From assembly GCA_030390025.1 (NCBI GenBank), contig JASTWF010000369.1:124001-188000 (forward strand): a stretch of DNA of 64,000 bases. Direction: 5' to 3'. This DNA is from Squalus acanthias (lineage: Eukaryota). Under the pieces are notes generated by a model, which was given only the letters and a program-made list of their open reading frames with translations, searched no databases and was not told the DNA's origin. A program made the position numbers and the translations under genes. Below, piece by piece: positions 11,438 to 25,409 of the stretch (position 1 is its first letter; every line of letters starts with the position of its first letter).

Positions 11438-14400
11438 GAAATATACTAAAAGAATCAGGATCCACAGCCCTCTGGGGCAGAGAATTCCAAAAATTCACAA
11501 CCCCTTTGAGTGAAGAAATTCCTCCTCATCTCTGTCTTAAATGGCCTACCCCTTATCCTGAGACTACGCACTCTAGTTCTAGACACTCCAGCCAGGGGAA
11601 ACAACCTCTAAGCATCTACCCTGTCAATCTCCTTCAGAACCTTGTATGTTTCAATGAGATCACCTCTCTTTCGTCTAACTCCAGAGTGTTTAGGTCCATT
11701 CTACACAATCTCTCATCATAGGACAGCCCTCTCATCGCAGGAATCAATCTAGTGAACATTCGTTGCACCGCCTACAAGGCAATTATATTCTTCCTTAGAT
11801 AAGGAGACCAAAACTGTGCACAGTGCTCTAGGAGTGGTCTCACCAATGCCCTGTACAATTGTAGCAAGTATTCATTACTCTTACACTCCCAGCCCCTTGC
11901 AATAATGGCAAACATGCCATTTGCCTTCCTTATTGCTTGCTGTATCTGCATGCTAGCTTTCTGTATTTCTTGCACGAGGACACCACAATCTCTCTGACCA
12001 CCAACATTTAACAGTTTCTCATCATTTAAAAATGTTGTTTTTCTATTCTTCCGACCAAATTGAATAACATCGTATTTCCCTCCAACAGACTCCATCTGCT
12101 AACTTACTGTCCACTCACTTAATCTATCTATATCCCTTTGCAGACTCTTTGTGTTCTCCTACAGTTTACTGTCCCACCTAGCTTTGCATCGTTAGCAAAA
12201 CTGGATGCATTACAATCGGTCCCTTCATCTAGGTCATTAATATAGATTGTAAATAGCTTAGGCCCCAGCATTGATCCTTGCGACACCACACTAATGACAG
12301 CCTGCCAACCTGAGAAAGACCTGTTTATTCCTACTCTCTGTTTTATGTCTGTTAACCAATCCTCTATCCATGCTACTATATTTCCCCCAACCCCATGAGC
12401 ACTTATCTTGTTTAATAACATTTTACGTGGCAACTTATCAAATGCCTTTTGGAAATCCAAATATACTCTATCCACTGGTTCCCCTTTATGTCCCCTGCTT
12501 GTTACATCCTCAAAAACTCGAATAAATTTGTCAAACACAATTTCCCTTTCATAAAACCATGTTGACTCTGCCTAATCATGTTATGACTTTCTAAGTGCCC
12601 TAATACCACTTCCTTAACAATGGATTCAAGCATTTTCCCTACTACTGATGTCAGGCTTACTGCCCTGTAATTCCATATTTTCTCTCTCATTTCTTTCTTG
12701 AATAGCGGTGTTACATTTGCTAATTTCCAATCCGCTGGGACCGTTCTAGAATCTAGGGAATTTTGGAAGATCAAAACCAGTGCAGCCACTATTTCTGCAG
12801 CCATCTCTTTTAGAACCCTCGGATGTAGGCCACCAGTTCCAGGAGATTTGTCGGCGTTTACTCCCATTAGTATATCTAGTACTTCTTCTCTACTTATATT
12901 AATTACGTTATGTTCCTCACGCTCATTAGATCCTTCCTTCCTTACAATTTTTGGTAGGCTTTTTGTGTCTTCTATGGTGAAGACAGTTACAATATATTTG
13001 TTTAACCTTTCTGCCATTTGCTTATCCCCCATAACAATTTATCTTGTCTGAACCTTTAATGGACCAACGTTTACTTTTGCTACTCTCTTCCTTTTTACAT
13101 ACTTGTCGAAGCTCTTACCATCTGTTTTTATATTTCTTGCAAGTTTTCTCTCATATTCTATTTTTTTTCTTTTTATCAAATTTTTGGTCATCCTTTGCTG
13201 GTTTCTGAAACTCTCCCAATCCTCGGGCTTACTGCTATTCTTCGCAACATTATAAGCTTCTTCTTTCAATCTAATGCCATCCTTAAATTATTTAGTTAGC
13301 CACGGATGGATCACTTTTCCCGTGGAATTTTGGGTTCTCAATGGAATGTAATTTTGTTGAAAATTAGGAAATATTTTTTTTAAATGCTAGCCACTGCTGA
13401 TCTACTGCCGTACATTTTAATCTATTTTCCAATCTACCTTAGACAACTCGCCCCTCAAAACTATGTAATTTGCTTTATTTAATTTTAAGACTCTAGTTTC
13501 GGATTTAGACAAATCACTCTCAAACTGAAACGCTATTATATTATGATCACTCTGCCCCAGAGAACCCTTTACTATGAGATTGCTAATTAAACGTGTCTCA
13601 TTACACAATACAAGATCTAAAATAGCCTCTTCCCTGATTGGTTCCATTATGTATTGTTCGAGAACTCTGTCCTGAATGCAGTCCATGCACTCTTCCTCCA
13701 GACTACCTTTGCCAATTTGATTTATCCAGTCTATATGAAGATTAAATTCAGCCACGATTATTGCATTACCTTTGTTACAAGCTCCTACTATTTCTTGATT
13801 AATATTCTGTCCAACGGTACAGCTAATCTTCGGGGGCTTATATATTAGTCCCACCACTGTTCTCTGCCCCTTGTTCTTCCTTATCTCCAGCCATACTGAT
13901 TGTACTTCCTGATCTGCAGAGTTGAGATCCTTTCTCTCTACTGTCCTATATCATCCTTTATTATCAGGGCCACTCCCCCTCCTTTTCCATTCTGCCTGCC
14001 CTTTCGAAACTTCAAGTACCCTGTAACATTTAGTTCCCAACATTGTTCACCTTGCAACCACGTCTCTGTAATGGCTATTCCATCAAATCCATTGATCTCT
14101 ATCTTTTTACAAATGCTTCGTAATTTCAGATAAAGGGCCTTTAATTTCATTTATTTACCATTATTCCCTGCTTTGACCTTATTCTCTGCTGCACTGCTAC
14201 CGTTAAACTCTCTGTCCCTTCTTGTCACACGCAGCTTATTTTTACCCAAACTGCTGCACTGCTCTATTGCCTTGACCTTTCTCTTTAGACTTCTAAATTA
14301 ACCCTCACATGAACTCTCCCCCTTGATTTTTGTAGTTTAAAGCCCAATCTAGAGCCCTAGTTATTCAACTTACCAGGACGCTGAACCAGCCCGGTTTAAA

Positions 14401-14640
14401 TGGTGCCCTTCCTGATGGAGCAGCTCCCTCTTTCCCCAGTACTGGTGCCAGTTCCCCATGAATTGAAACTCCTTGTTCCCACACCACTCTTTGAGACACA
14501 CATTTAAATATCTGTTCCGATTGACCCTATGTCAATTTGCTAGTGGCTCAGTTAGTAATCGAAAGATTATTACCCTTGAGGTTCTGATTATTAATTCAGA
14601 ACATAGCTCCTCAAATTCTCTCAGCACATCCACATTCTTA

Positions 14641-17525
14641 AACATAGAAACATAGAAGATAGGAGCAGGAGTAAGCCATTCGGCCCTTCGAGCCGCCATT
14701 CGATGAGATCATGGCTGATCATCCAAACTCAGTACCCTGTACCTGCATCTCCCCATATTCCTTGATACCTTTAGCTTTAAGAAATATATCTAACTCATAT
14801 TTGAATGACTTGGCCTCAACTACCTTCTGTGGTAGAGAATTCCACAGGTTCACCACTCTCTGGGAGAATAAATTCTTCCTCATTTGTGTCCTAAACGGCT
14901 TACCCCTTATCCTTAGATTATGACCCCTGGTTCTGGACTCTCCGACCATCGGGAACATTCTTCCTGCATCTAGTTTGTCCAGACCTGTCAGAATTTTATA
15001 TGTTTCGATGAGATCCCCTCTCATTCTTCTATGCTCCAGCGAGTATAAGCCCAATCGACCCAATCTCTCCTCATGTGTCATTCCTGCCATCCCAGGTATC
15101 AGCCTTGTGAATCTTCGTTGAACTCCTTCAATGGCAAGAACATCCTTCCTCTTATAAGGCGACCAAAACTGCACACAGAACTCAAGGTGTGGTCTCACCA
15201 AGGCCCTGTACAACTGCAGCAGGACATCCCTGTTCCTATACTCAAACCCTTTCGTTATGAAGGCCAACATACCATTTGCCTTCTTCACTGCCTGCTGCAC
15301 CTGCATGCTTCCCTTCAGCGACTGGTGCACAAGGACACCCAGATCTCGTTGCACTTCCCCTTCTCCCAATCTATTGCCATTCAGATAATAGTCTGCCTTT
15401 CTGTTTTTGACACCAAAGGAGTTAACCTCGCATGTATCCACGTTATATTGCATCTGCCACGCTTCTGCCAACTCACCCAACCTGTCCAAATCATCCTGGA
15501 ATTTCCCGGTATCCTCCTCGCAGCACACACGCCCACCCAGCTTTGTGTCATCTGCAAACTTGGAGATATTACATTTAGTTCCCTTTTCTAGATCATTAAT
15601 GTATATTGTGAATAGCTGGGGTCCAAGGACCGATCCCTGCGGTACCCCACTAGTCACTGCGTGCCATTTGGAAAAAGACTCATTAATTCCTACTCTCTGC
15701 TTTCTGTCCGCCAACCAGTTCTCTATCCAAGTCAATACCTTGCCTCCAATCCCATGTGCCTTAAGTTTACACGCTAATCTCTTATGCGGGACCTTATCGA
15801 AAGCCTTTTGAAAGTCCAAATACACCACATCTACTAGTTCTCCCTTATCTATTTTCCCAGTTACACCCTCAAAAAATTCCAGTAGATTAGTCAAGCACGA
15901 TTTACCTTTTGTAAATCCATGTTGCCTTTGTCCGAAACTTTCACTGTTTTTCAAGTGCTCAGTTATTACATCCTTTATTATGGACTCTAGCATTTTCCCC
16001 ACTATCAATGTCAGGCTTACCGGTCTGTAATTCCCCGCTTTCTCTCTACCACCCTTTTTGAATAGTGGGGTAACATTAGCTGCCCTCTAATCCATGGGTA
16101 AAGTTCCAGATTCCATCGAATGTTGGAAGATGATCAACAATGCATCTACTATTTCTAGGGCCACTTCCTTAAGTACCCTAGGAGGTAGATTACCAGACCC
16201 TGGGGATTTATCGGACTTCAATCCTTTCAATTTCCCTAACACCATTTCCCTGCAAATACTGATTGCTTTCCGTTCCTCCCTTTCATCAGACCCTATGTTC
16301 TCCAACATCTCTGGGAGGTTATTTGTGTCCTCCTTTGTGAAGACAGAACCAAAATATGCATTTAATTGGTCTGCCATTTCTTTGTTCCCCATTATAACTT
16401 CCCCCACTTCTGACTGCAAGGGACCTACACTTGATTTCACTAATCTTTTTCTCTTCACATATCTTTAAAATCTCTTACAGTCAGTTTTTATGTTTTCTGC
16501 AAGCTTACTTTCATATTCAATTTTCCCCTTCTTAATTAATACCTTTGTCCTCCTTTGTTGAATCCTAAACTGCTCCGAATCCCCAGGGTTACCGCTTTTT
16601 CTGGCCAATGTATGTGCCCTCTCCTTGGATCTTACGCTATCCCTAATTTCCCTTGTTAGCTACGGTTGAGTCACCCTTTTTGTTTTATTCTTATGCCAAA
16701 CGGGGATGAACAAATTCTGTAGTTCATCCACGCAGTCTTTGAATGTTTGCCATTGCCTATCCACCGTTAAACCTTTGAGTGACATTCCCCAATCAATCCT
16801 ACCCAATTCGCGCCTCATACCATCGAAGTTTCCTTTATTTAAATTCAGGACCCCAGTCTCTGATTCAACTACTTTACTCTCCATCCTAATGAAGAATTCT
16901 ATCATATTATGATCACTCCGACCCAAGTGGCCTCGTACAACAAGATTTCTAATTAATCTTTTCTCGTTACATAATACCCAGTCTAAGATTGCCTGATCTC
17001 TGGTTGGTTCCTCGACATATTGTTCCAGAAAACGATTCCGTAAACATTCTAGGAATTCCTCCTCCACAGTATTTTTACTAATTTGGTTAGCCCAATCTAT
17101 ATGTAAATTAAAGTCACCTATGATGACTGCTGTGCCCTTACTGCATGCTTCTCTAATTTCCCTTTTAATGCCGTCCCCAACCTCTGAATTACTGTTTGGA
17201 GGTCTATATACCACTCCTACTAACGTTTTCTGCCCCTTGTTATTTCTCAGTTCTACCCATACAGATTCTGCATCATCAGAGTTACTATCCTTCCTTTCAA
17301 TTGTGTTAATCCCCTCTTTGACCAGCAATGCTACCCCACCTCTCTTTCTTTTTTGCCTATCTTTCCTAAATACTGAATACCCCTGGATGTTGAGTTCCAG
17401 CCTTGGCCACCCTGGAGCCATGTTTCTGTAATCGCAATCAAATCGTATTCATTTACCTCTATTTGCGCAGCTAATTCATCCAACTTGTTCCGAATGCTCC
17501 TTGCATTAAGACACAAAGCCTTCAG
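14641..17525 (-). mobile_element. CR1 LINE copy 2 (essentially all of ORF2, disrupted), inserted in ORF1 of copy 1
   Basis: (AACATAGA)n tail at 14641. 429-aa RT ORF 14719-16008 with KFADDTKLGG. Endonuclease 16660-17516 starting CLNARSIRNK. Confidence 0.93.
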
Positions 17526-18361
17526 ACCTATATAGTACTACCTGTGACGTTGGATCCTTTATTGACCACGGCAACACGATCCACTCTCTCGCACTCCATA
17601 TTCTGCGCCAGCTGCGAGGAGATATCCTTAAGCCTGGCACCAGACCGGCAACACAGACTTCCGGACTCTCTATCGTGGCTGCAGAGAACAGTATCTATTC
17701 CCCTGACTATACTGTACCCTATCACTACTACATTCCTCATTCCTTCCTCCTCCCCCGCCCCCCGCCAACTTGGATGGTCCCCTGTATCACGCTGCCGTAG
17801 TTAGTTTGCCCATCCTCCCTGCAGTTTTTTTCCTCATCCATACAGGGAGCAAGTACCTCATACCTGTTGGACAAGGTCAAGGGCTGAGTCTCCTACTTCA
17901 CTGCATCCTGGGTTCCCATATCTGCATACCTCCACTTCAATGGGATGAAGAGGAGGATGTAACAAGCGGGGTTCTCCCATCCAATGAGGCGGCCTTCCCT
18001 GAAGTGGCGCCTCCAAAGCTACATTATTGTCCAAATGAATGTGGACAGGACATGGGAGCTGTAGAAACCTCCTCATCCCCAGGTACGAAACCACCTCCTG
18101 TCCAACGACGAGTCCAACAGACCCCTCCTACCCCACGGTGGTGGAATAAAAGAAATAAAAAGACACCCTTGAAGAATCATCAGTGGTAGGAGTGGGAAAA
18201 TCGCCCGATGCAGAAATAGAAATGTAAGAAGCCCCGTTTTGTTTTGCTTAAAAAAAGACATCAGTAATGAGAGCCTGAACTAATGGGTGTACATCGGGTG
18301 AAAGAGCGGGAGTAACACTCCGTTTTTGTCCCTTATCCCCACAGGCAAGAGGATATATAAA

Positions 18362-20788
18362 ATGAAGGAATTATTCTGGCCAATGATCGGGTTTCTGCTC
18401 TATCTCGAAGAAGCCACATCAGCCTATTCGGCAAACAGAAACAATACTAACTATTTTCCCTATAATAGTTGGATTGCAGTTGGACACCACCCCAGGACCC
18501 CATTCGAAACATTACCCTCCAATACATCAATGGTGATTGTGAAACCGCGTGTTCAGGGATAGTATTTGTCACCACTTATGAGGTCCAGGAAGGTAGGGGG
18601 CTTGCATAAGATGCAAAGATCGCCCCAAGGGTATTGTTCTTACAGGCTAAAACAAGTGAACATTCAAGGTACGATCAAATACGGAACCCTCGCGGGATTC
18701 TAGGAAGCCCGAGCCAATCCCGAGCAGCGGAAGACACTCTGTTGTGTTGGCCTCGATGGTGGAAAACTCATGAGGGATTCTACCAATGTGTAAGCCCAAG
18801 TGGGATAACAGATGAGTTCCAGTCGGATGATTCGGAAGGCTTGTCCATGATTGAAAGTGATGTACCCGAATGTGCGATGTTTGCCCACAATAGAGCTGAG
18901 GAAATCTATCAAAGGTATTGCAACGATACCGATATTAACACCTATCACGTAAGGGGATGTGGTAACGGAAGTACGGTTATACATGCAGTAAAATTAAAAG
19001 TTCGACCAACAATTCCCCTCCCTATGAATAAAACACAATCACGGGGTGGACCAAATACAACCCAAGTCATTTGCCCTAAACACACCCCGGGACCGACAAA
19101 TGAGTACTTTCAACTCGGATGATATTGTAGCCTGATGTGCATCACGAAGTGGTGCCAGTAACATTGCATGTGATTAAAGTGGGACTGCCGAACTGGTGCA
19201 AGCCAGAGACAGCGCGATTATAAGGGAGGACGTTGCGGGATTTAAAAGCAGGATTTTGGCAAAGGGCCAGCATAACACTGGCGGAATCTGAATTGGAACC
19301 GTTATATCACACGGGCTCTAAGGACGGTAATTGACTTAACAATAACTTTAGGGAAAATAGTACTGCGATCATTGAAGAAGACGATGTCGGTTACGGGATT
19401 AAAGGGGACCATTTCAGAAGATGACGGGCTGCGATAAAAGAGGCAGCAACTGTTTTTAACACTGGAACCTCCCTCGTCAATGGCTTTGATTTGGTCAGCT
19501 TCGATCAATCCGTAAAGGCGGTTAGAAATCGTTCAAGGAAAATTTTGAATAAAATACATGGTCTGGAACAAAAGGAATTGAAGGAGGAACAAATTATGAC
19601 CATTCATCTGCAGGATGTGGTTAAATATTTAGAATCCTATGCTGAAAAATAAATCAAATTTTAATGGAGGATCGGAATGTCTGTAGTGATGCCGCACGAA
19701 ATCATGTGTGTGTAATGTATGGATCTTGCTAAGAAGAACATGCCCGTGAAATCCTGCAGAGCATTGCTAAGCGGAATCTAACCTCATGGGTGACTGATCG
19801 GCACCTGAGGGCAATGTCCAATTACCAATTTACCATGAATATGTGTAAAGTCAGCGGGCTGGTGCAGGTGCACCCGGTGAAACATGAATGTCATTTGCTG
19901 GAACAAAACAACATCACCCTGTTAGGGATGGTATTATATTATCGCATTTTGCCGAAAAGGGGCACCCCAAATACTTTGTTCCACGCGGAGATTATCGGAG
20001 TAGGTCAGGGAGATCACTTAATAAGGTATGACGAACCCCCGAAGTACGTGACCTGGGTGGATGGGATCACATGGATGGCCCCAGAGCTTATCGGGTGGGC
20101 TCAAGCTCGGGACACATTCATCTGCCGTTATGACGTGGTAGAACACGCAGCCCCTGCGTGCAGGTTTGATTGGGATGGAATAGCATTGGACTGCACATTG
20201 AAAGTGATTGCGAGGCAGCATTTCCCCGTACGATCTGCGTATGGAGGGAAGGGTGAATATTGTGTCACTACAATGCACCGGCAAAGGTATGGAAACAACC
20301 TGACTTGTCCTGTCGCGAAGGGAACTTTTTGTTTCAGCCCGTTCCAATCTGTGAGACTTGGGGCTTGGTTTTTCTTAAGCATTTATTCCCCCAGAGAAGT
20401 AGATATTGCTGCAGAAGATGAGCTAAAATAGCAATTACACCAGTATGTGACTCGATTCGGCTATGACATTCTACCTCTGCCAGAACACTAGATAGATTTA
20501 ATGAAAGGCATTAGTCAGTCCCAGAAGCACTTTTATGCCTTGGGGCAGAAAAACGGTGAACTGCATATTGCAATCCTTAAGGTCGGGGACGATTCGTCCT
20601 GGTGATTTATCGGCATGAGTATTGAGATTCATCCCTCGCTAAAAATTATCTCCCACCTGTTGGTCATTGTTCAGTTGGTGATTGTGTTATATTTACTAAT
20701 GATAACTTGTCGAGTCAACAGAAGACGCAAGCAGCAAGAGTGGGTTAAATTGTTGCAGGAGACGCCAAAGGAAGAAGACAACGCCTAA
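18362..20788 (+). pseudogene. env: env-like class I fusion glycoprotein of element 1 (disrupted)
   Basis: Signal peptide MKELFWPMIGFLLYLEEATSA. R*KR furin-like site at 19432-19443, then TVFNTGTSLVNGFDL and a heptad-like stretch. Cys-rich segment 19790-20431. TM helix IISHLLVIVQLVIVLYLLMITC at about 20645-20711. Stop at 20786-20788, shortly before the 3' LTR. Confidence 0.8.
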
Positions 20789-20843
20789 AAAGTGTAAGTG
20801 CCTGTGACTCCTGCTCTGAGTGCACAGCCACTTGAGGATGGAC

Positions 20844-21650
20844 TGTAAGAACAAGTCATTTGCTGTACATTTTGCTGTAACTTGACCAAATTTAAAAGTT
20901 GCCCAAATGTAATATACCAGCAAGCTTCGAGAGGCTGAGAAGTTGATTCCTGTGGGAACTTTGTACAGAAACTGTTCACAGATAAAGAATACCTTGGACA
21001 GAAACAGAGACATTCTGCTGGAATGTAAAGCAGACTGCTATGGTTGTAAGATGTAAACGCTGCCTGCTGCCTTTTAACAGATAAGGGAAACAGAGCTTGA
21101 TGATTCTGTGGAGAAGAAGCTATTGAACTATTAAGCCGTTGCAAAGCAGGAATATCTTAAGTCTTTGGAATGTAACCAGCCTTATGGCCCACTTACTGAC
21201 TGACTGACCACTGATCAGAAGGCGAGAAAACAACTACTGACTATTCTTTGCTGAAGTTTGTGTCATGTCTGCTGTGGGCGAGTTGCCAAGTTTTAAGGTA
21301 TAACAGATGCTGCAAAAAGACACTGGGGGCTGCAGCCGTGCAACCTGGCCAGTTGCCAGAAATCACATATCTAGTCATCGCCGAAATGACCAATCGCTGT
21401 TGTTAGTACGTATGTGGTGTTTGCTTATTATCGCTTGAGTTAAAGTAAAGGGATAGCGCTGTGTATGCTAAAGTAAAATCGGGAATTGTTATACGCAACA
21501 TAACTGTCGGATGCTTACTTGAAATGTCTTGCTGATTTTTAAGCAAAATAAGTTATTCACAGATTCATTTTGTTTTGAGTTGCCTTTGCGACGGGTCTGA
21601 ACTTTGGAAACTTTTGGACGGGGCGAGGGGCGATTTCCACACGTCTTACA
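20844..21650 (+). repeat. 3' LTR of element 1 (about 807 bp)
   Basis: Begins TGTAAGA and ends TCTTACA (inverted termini). Preceded by purine-rich GAGGATGGAC (degraded PPT). 3' part matches 1-270. Confidence 0.9.
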
Positions 21651-22249
21651 ATACTGACATTGAACCTATGCTGCCATTTCTGATTTAATCCTGATTATAA
21701 ACCTAATGAATGCACCCCCCCCGGAATGTTTTTGCACTGGTATTATGCCTCATGAATTCCCCACACATCCCCCACACAAGTTTATATACCGACGTTATAC
21801 TGATTTTACACTGACTGAATAGATTCCGATGGGTGCTATTCACACCAAACTTAATCCAGTACATCCCACTGAAGTAAATGTTGCAATTTATTTACAAATA
21901 GACCAGAGTGACTGAGACAAAGCAGGGCTTCCTTAAAGCTCCGAGATTTTACGGGCACAATATTAAACTGTACGTAATTAATGCCTTGCAGTTAACTAGG
22001 CTTCATTATATGTCAACTTTTTTATCGTTCTCTGATAGAACAACTCCAGTCACCTTATTTATACTCAAAATTTGGCCCTGATTAATATATTTTCCCTGTT
22101 ATGGGTGATTAACTCTTTTTGCCAATTATTGCACAACAGTCACACGCCACAATCCCGACACTGTTCAAACAATTATTTAACGATTTGTTTCTGATGGCCA
22201 GCCAGAGAAAACAAATATTCATAATTTAATAATTTGATCAGACACGGTA

Positions 22250-24050
22250 GATAATTCCAAAGATTCTCCACCCTCTGAGTGAAGAAATTTCTTCTCATCT
22301 CAGTGCTATATGGCCGACCCCTTATTCTGAGACTCTGACCCCTGGTTCTAGGCGCTCCAATCAGGGGAAACATCATCGCTGCATCTACCTTGACAAGCAC
22401 TGTAAGAATTTTGAATGTTTCAATGATATCACCTATCATTCATCAAAAATCTGGAGAATATACGCCTAGTATACTCAATCTATCCTCATAGGACAATCCC
22501 CCCATCCCAGGAGCCAGTCTGGTGAATATGTGTCCCCCGCTATGGCAAGTATATCCTTCCTTAGGTAAGGTGATCAAAACTGTGCACAATACCCCAGGTG
22601 TGGCCTCACCAGGGCCCTAAATAATTGCAGTAATACGTCTTTACTATTATACTCCAATCTTCTGGTAATAAAGGACAAAATACAATGTGCTTTCCTAATT
22701 GCCTGCTGTACCTGCATGTTAACTTTCAGTGATTCGTGTACAAGGATACCCAGGACCCTTTGAAGAAAAATATTTCACAATCTCTCACCATTTAAAAAAT
22801 ACTCTGCTTTTCTATTTTTCCTACCAAAGTGGATAACTTCACATTTCTCCACATTATACTCCATTTGCCATGTTCTTGCACACTCACTTAGCCTTTCTAT
22901 ATCCCCTTGAAGCCTCCTTGCATCCTCCTTACAACTTACATTCCCACCCAGCTTTGTATCATCAGCAAACTTGGATATATTACATTTGGTCCACTCATCT
23001 AAATCATTGATGTAGCTTGTGAATAGCTGGGGCCCAAACACTGATCCTTGCGTTACCCACTAGTGACAGCCTGCCAATCGAAAAATAACCCGTTTATTCT
23101 GACTCTCTCTTTTCTGTTAACCAATCCTCAATCCATGCTAGTATATTCCCCCAATCCCATAAGCCCTAATTTAGTTTAGTAACATCTTGTGTGGCACCTT
23201 ATCGAATGCCGTCTGAATATCCAATTACACCACATCCACTGGTTCCCTCTTATCTATTCTGCTCATTACAACCTCAAAAGATTCTAAGAGATTTTTAGAA
23301 AACGATTCCCTTTCATAAATCCGTGTTGACTCTACGCAATCCTATTATTATTTTCTAAGTGCTCTGTTACCACGTCCTTAATAATAGATTCTAGCATTAT
23401 CCCGCTACTGATGTCAGGCTAACTGGTCTGTAGTTCACCGTTTTCTCTCTTCCTCCTTTCTTAAACAGTAGCCATGATGTGGAGATGCTGGTGTTGGACT
23501 GGGGTGCACAAATGTGAGAAGTCGCACAACACCAGCTTATAGTCCAACAGCTTTATTTGAAATCACAAGCTTTCGGAGCGCTGCTCCTGAAGTACTAGGT
23601 TTACATTGCTACCTTCCAATCTGCGGGAACTCTTCTAGACTATATGAAATTTTGGAAAATGGATACCAATTCATCCACTGTCTCTTAATGGGTTGTAAGG
23701 CTGTAGAACTCACTTGCAGGGTTAGTGTTTGATGCAAAAATATTGTCAAAATTCATTACCCTAGGGTGTAGGTCTCAGTTTCAGGGGATTGGTCGGCTTT
23801 CAGACCCGTTAATTTCACCAGTACTATTTTTTTACGAATACTAATTTCTTTCAGTTCCTCATTCTCGCTTAACTCCTGCATCTCCACTATATCCAGGAAG
23901 TTTGTTGTGTCTTCTTCCGTAAAGACAGACAAGAAGTATTTCTCTGACATTTCCTTATTCCCCATTATAATTTCTCCTGTCTCAAGCCTGTAAGGGACCA
24001 ACGTTTACTTTCGCTAATGTTGGCTTTTTTACATACCTATAGAAGCTTTT
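22250..24050 (-). mobile_element. CR1 LINE fragment
   Basis: KFADDTKLGG and FFTQRVENLWN motifs in minus-strand ORFs. Confidence 0.88.
23474..23588 (-). repeat. Solo Penelope pseudo-LTR fragment inserted in CR1, truncated inside the hammerhead
   Basis: Homologous to 6718-6830 and 60708-60780. Lacks the CTGACGA half of the ribozyme. Confidence 0.8.
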
Positions 24051-25409
24051 ACAAGGCATTCACGTTTTTATAAACGTAAATTTGTATTTGCTGCTGGACT
24101 AAGATTGTACAACTACAATATGAATATTGTCTGATATTTCCTGATCCACCTGTCCAATTTAGATTAGAATGTTGACACTGTTTATGCCTCAAACACTAAC
24201 CCTGTAAGTGAGTTCCACAGCCATACAACCCATTATTTAAAGAACTTCTGCTGCACTTTGCTCTAAATCTTGTATCGGTAACTCTTCATTTTTGGTCCCT
24301 CAACTATTGGAAACACGGTGCGTATATCTATCCTCAACGAAACGTTCATCATCTTAAACACTTCCATCATATAGCAGTATAATATTGTCCAAGGGATTTT
24401 GTTTAACTATACTTAAATATCTCTGTGTTTGCCCAATCAGATATAATTTTAAGCAATCCATGTACTAGGGCATTAAAAGTATTCCTTTAATGAACTGTTA
24501 AAATAATAATTGAATAGGACAATTTGGTGCCTCATGATACATCACATGGTGTTCGATTTTCAACTGATGCCATGAAGCTGGAGTTCCTGATAATAATTGT
24601 AGAAACCTTTTGATTTTCATCGCCATTGATGTCATTCGAAATTAAGCAATTGTGTGGTTTCTACAATGGGCGGCCAATCCACAAAATATATTTTACATTG
24701 CAGATGCAAGTTGAAAAGCTAACTTTAATGTCGCCCGTCATTAGCCTTGTCGCCACAACTCGGGAATAATTTGATTTAGCAGAGCTGAAAAATATGCTGA
24801 GACCTTTTGATTGGTGCAAATGGACAAGGGTGGGGAACCATTAGCGGTGGTATTGCATTGGTCGCCTGTTATACGCACATTTTGAGATTCAGTTCCATTG
24901 ATTTTCATATAACTGAATATCAGGTATGTCGTATAATGATCAACAAAAATAATTCCGTCTGTTTTGTCCAATTTCACACCTAATAGGAAAATTATAACAG
25001 CATTGCATCAGACCCTGTGCACAGAACTCAAGCCAAACTTCAGCACAGGCACGACATTATCAGAGGATGCAAAGGCATGACAGCACTGAACTTATTTCAC
25101 CTAAGACACATGTTGGGGGAGAAATTGGATAGGCCCCAAAAATACACCATTAACCCGCACCGATTCATTCGATTACAGGCAGCATGGTAATTTCGTGCGC
25201 CCTGCTGCTTAACATAAGTTCAGCTTGCAGCCAGCTCACCCGTACTGTTCATGGATTCACGCATCCACAGCTGGTGCAATATTCCCATTGGCTAGCGCTA
25301 CTGAAAGGCAGCCTGCACCTCTTAAATGGGAGGTGCATTGTGACTGGAAGAAGTAATGGGGTCAATTGAAAACTGATTATTTGCTCTCGTATTTTGAGCA
25401 TTAGCTGAA

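Larger units (their letters stand above)
6535..17930 (-). mobile_element. CR1 LINE copy 1, split into 6535-6717, 11438-14640 and 17526-17930 by younger insertions
   Basis: CATAAGA-type tail at about 6535. RT (LDFQKAFD, LFTIYINDL) at 11772-13032, endonuclease (IAITETWL) at 13417-14150, ORF1 SGNH-esterase remnant VVVIGYSIVRG..GARLKDI at 17528-17740. Confidence 0.85.
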
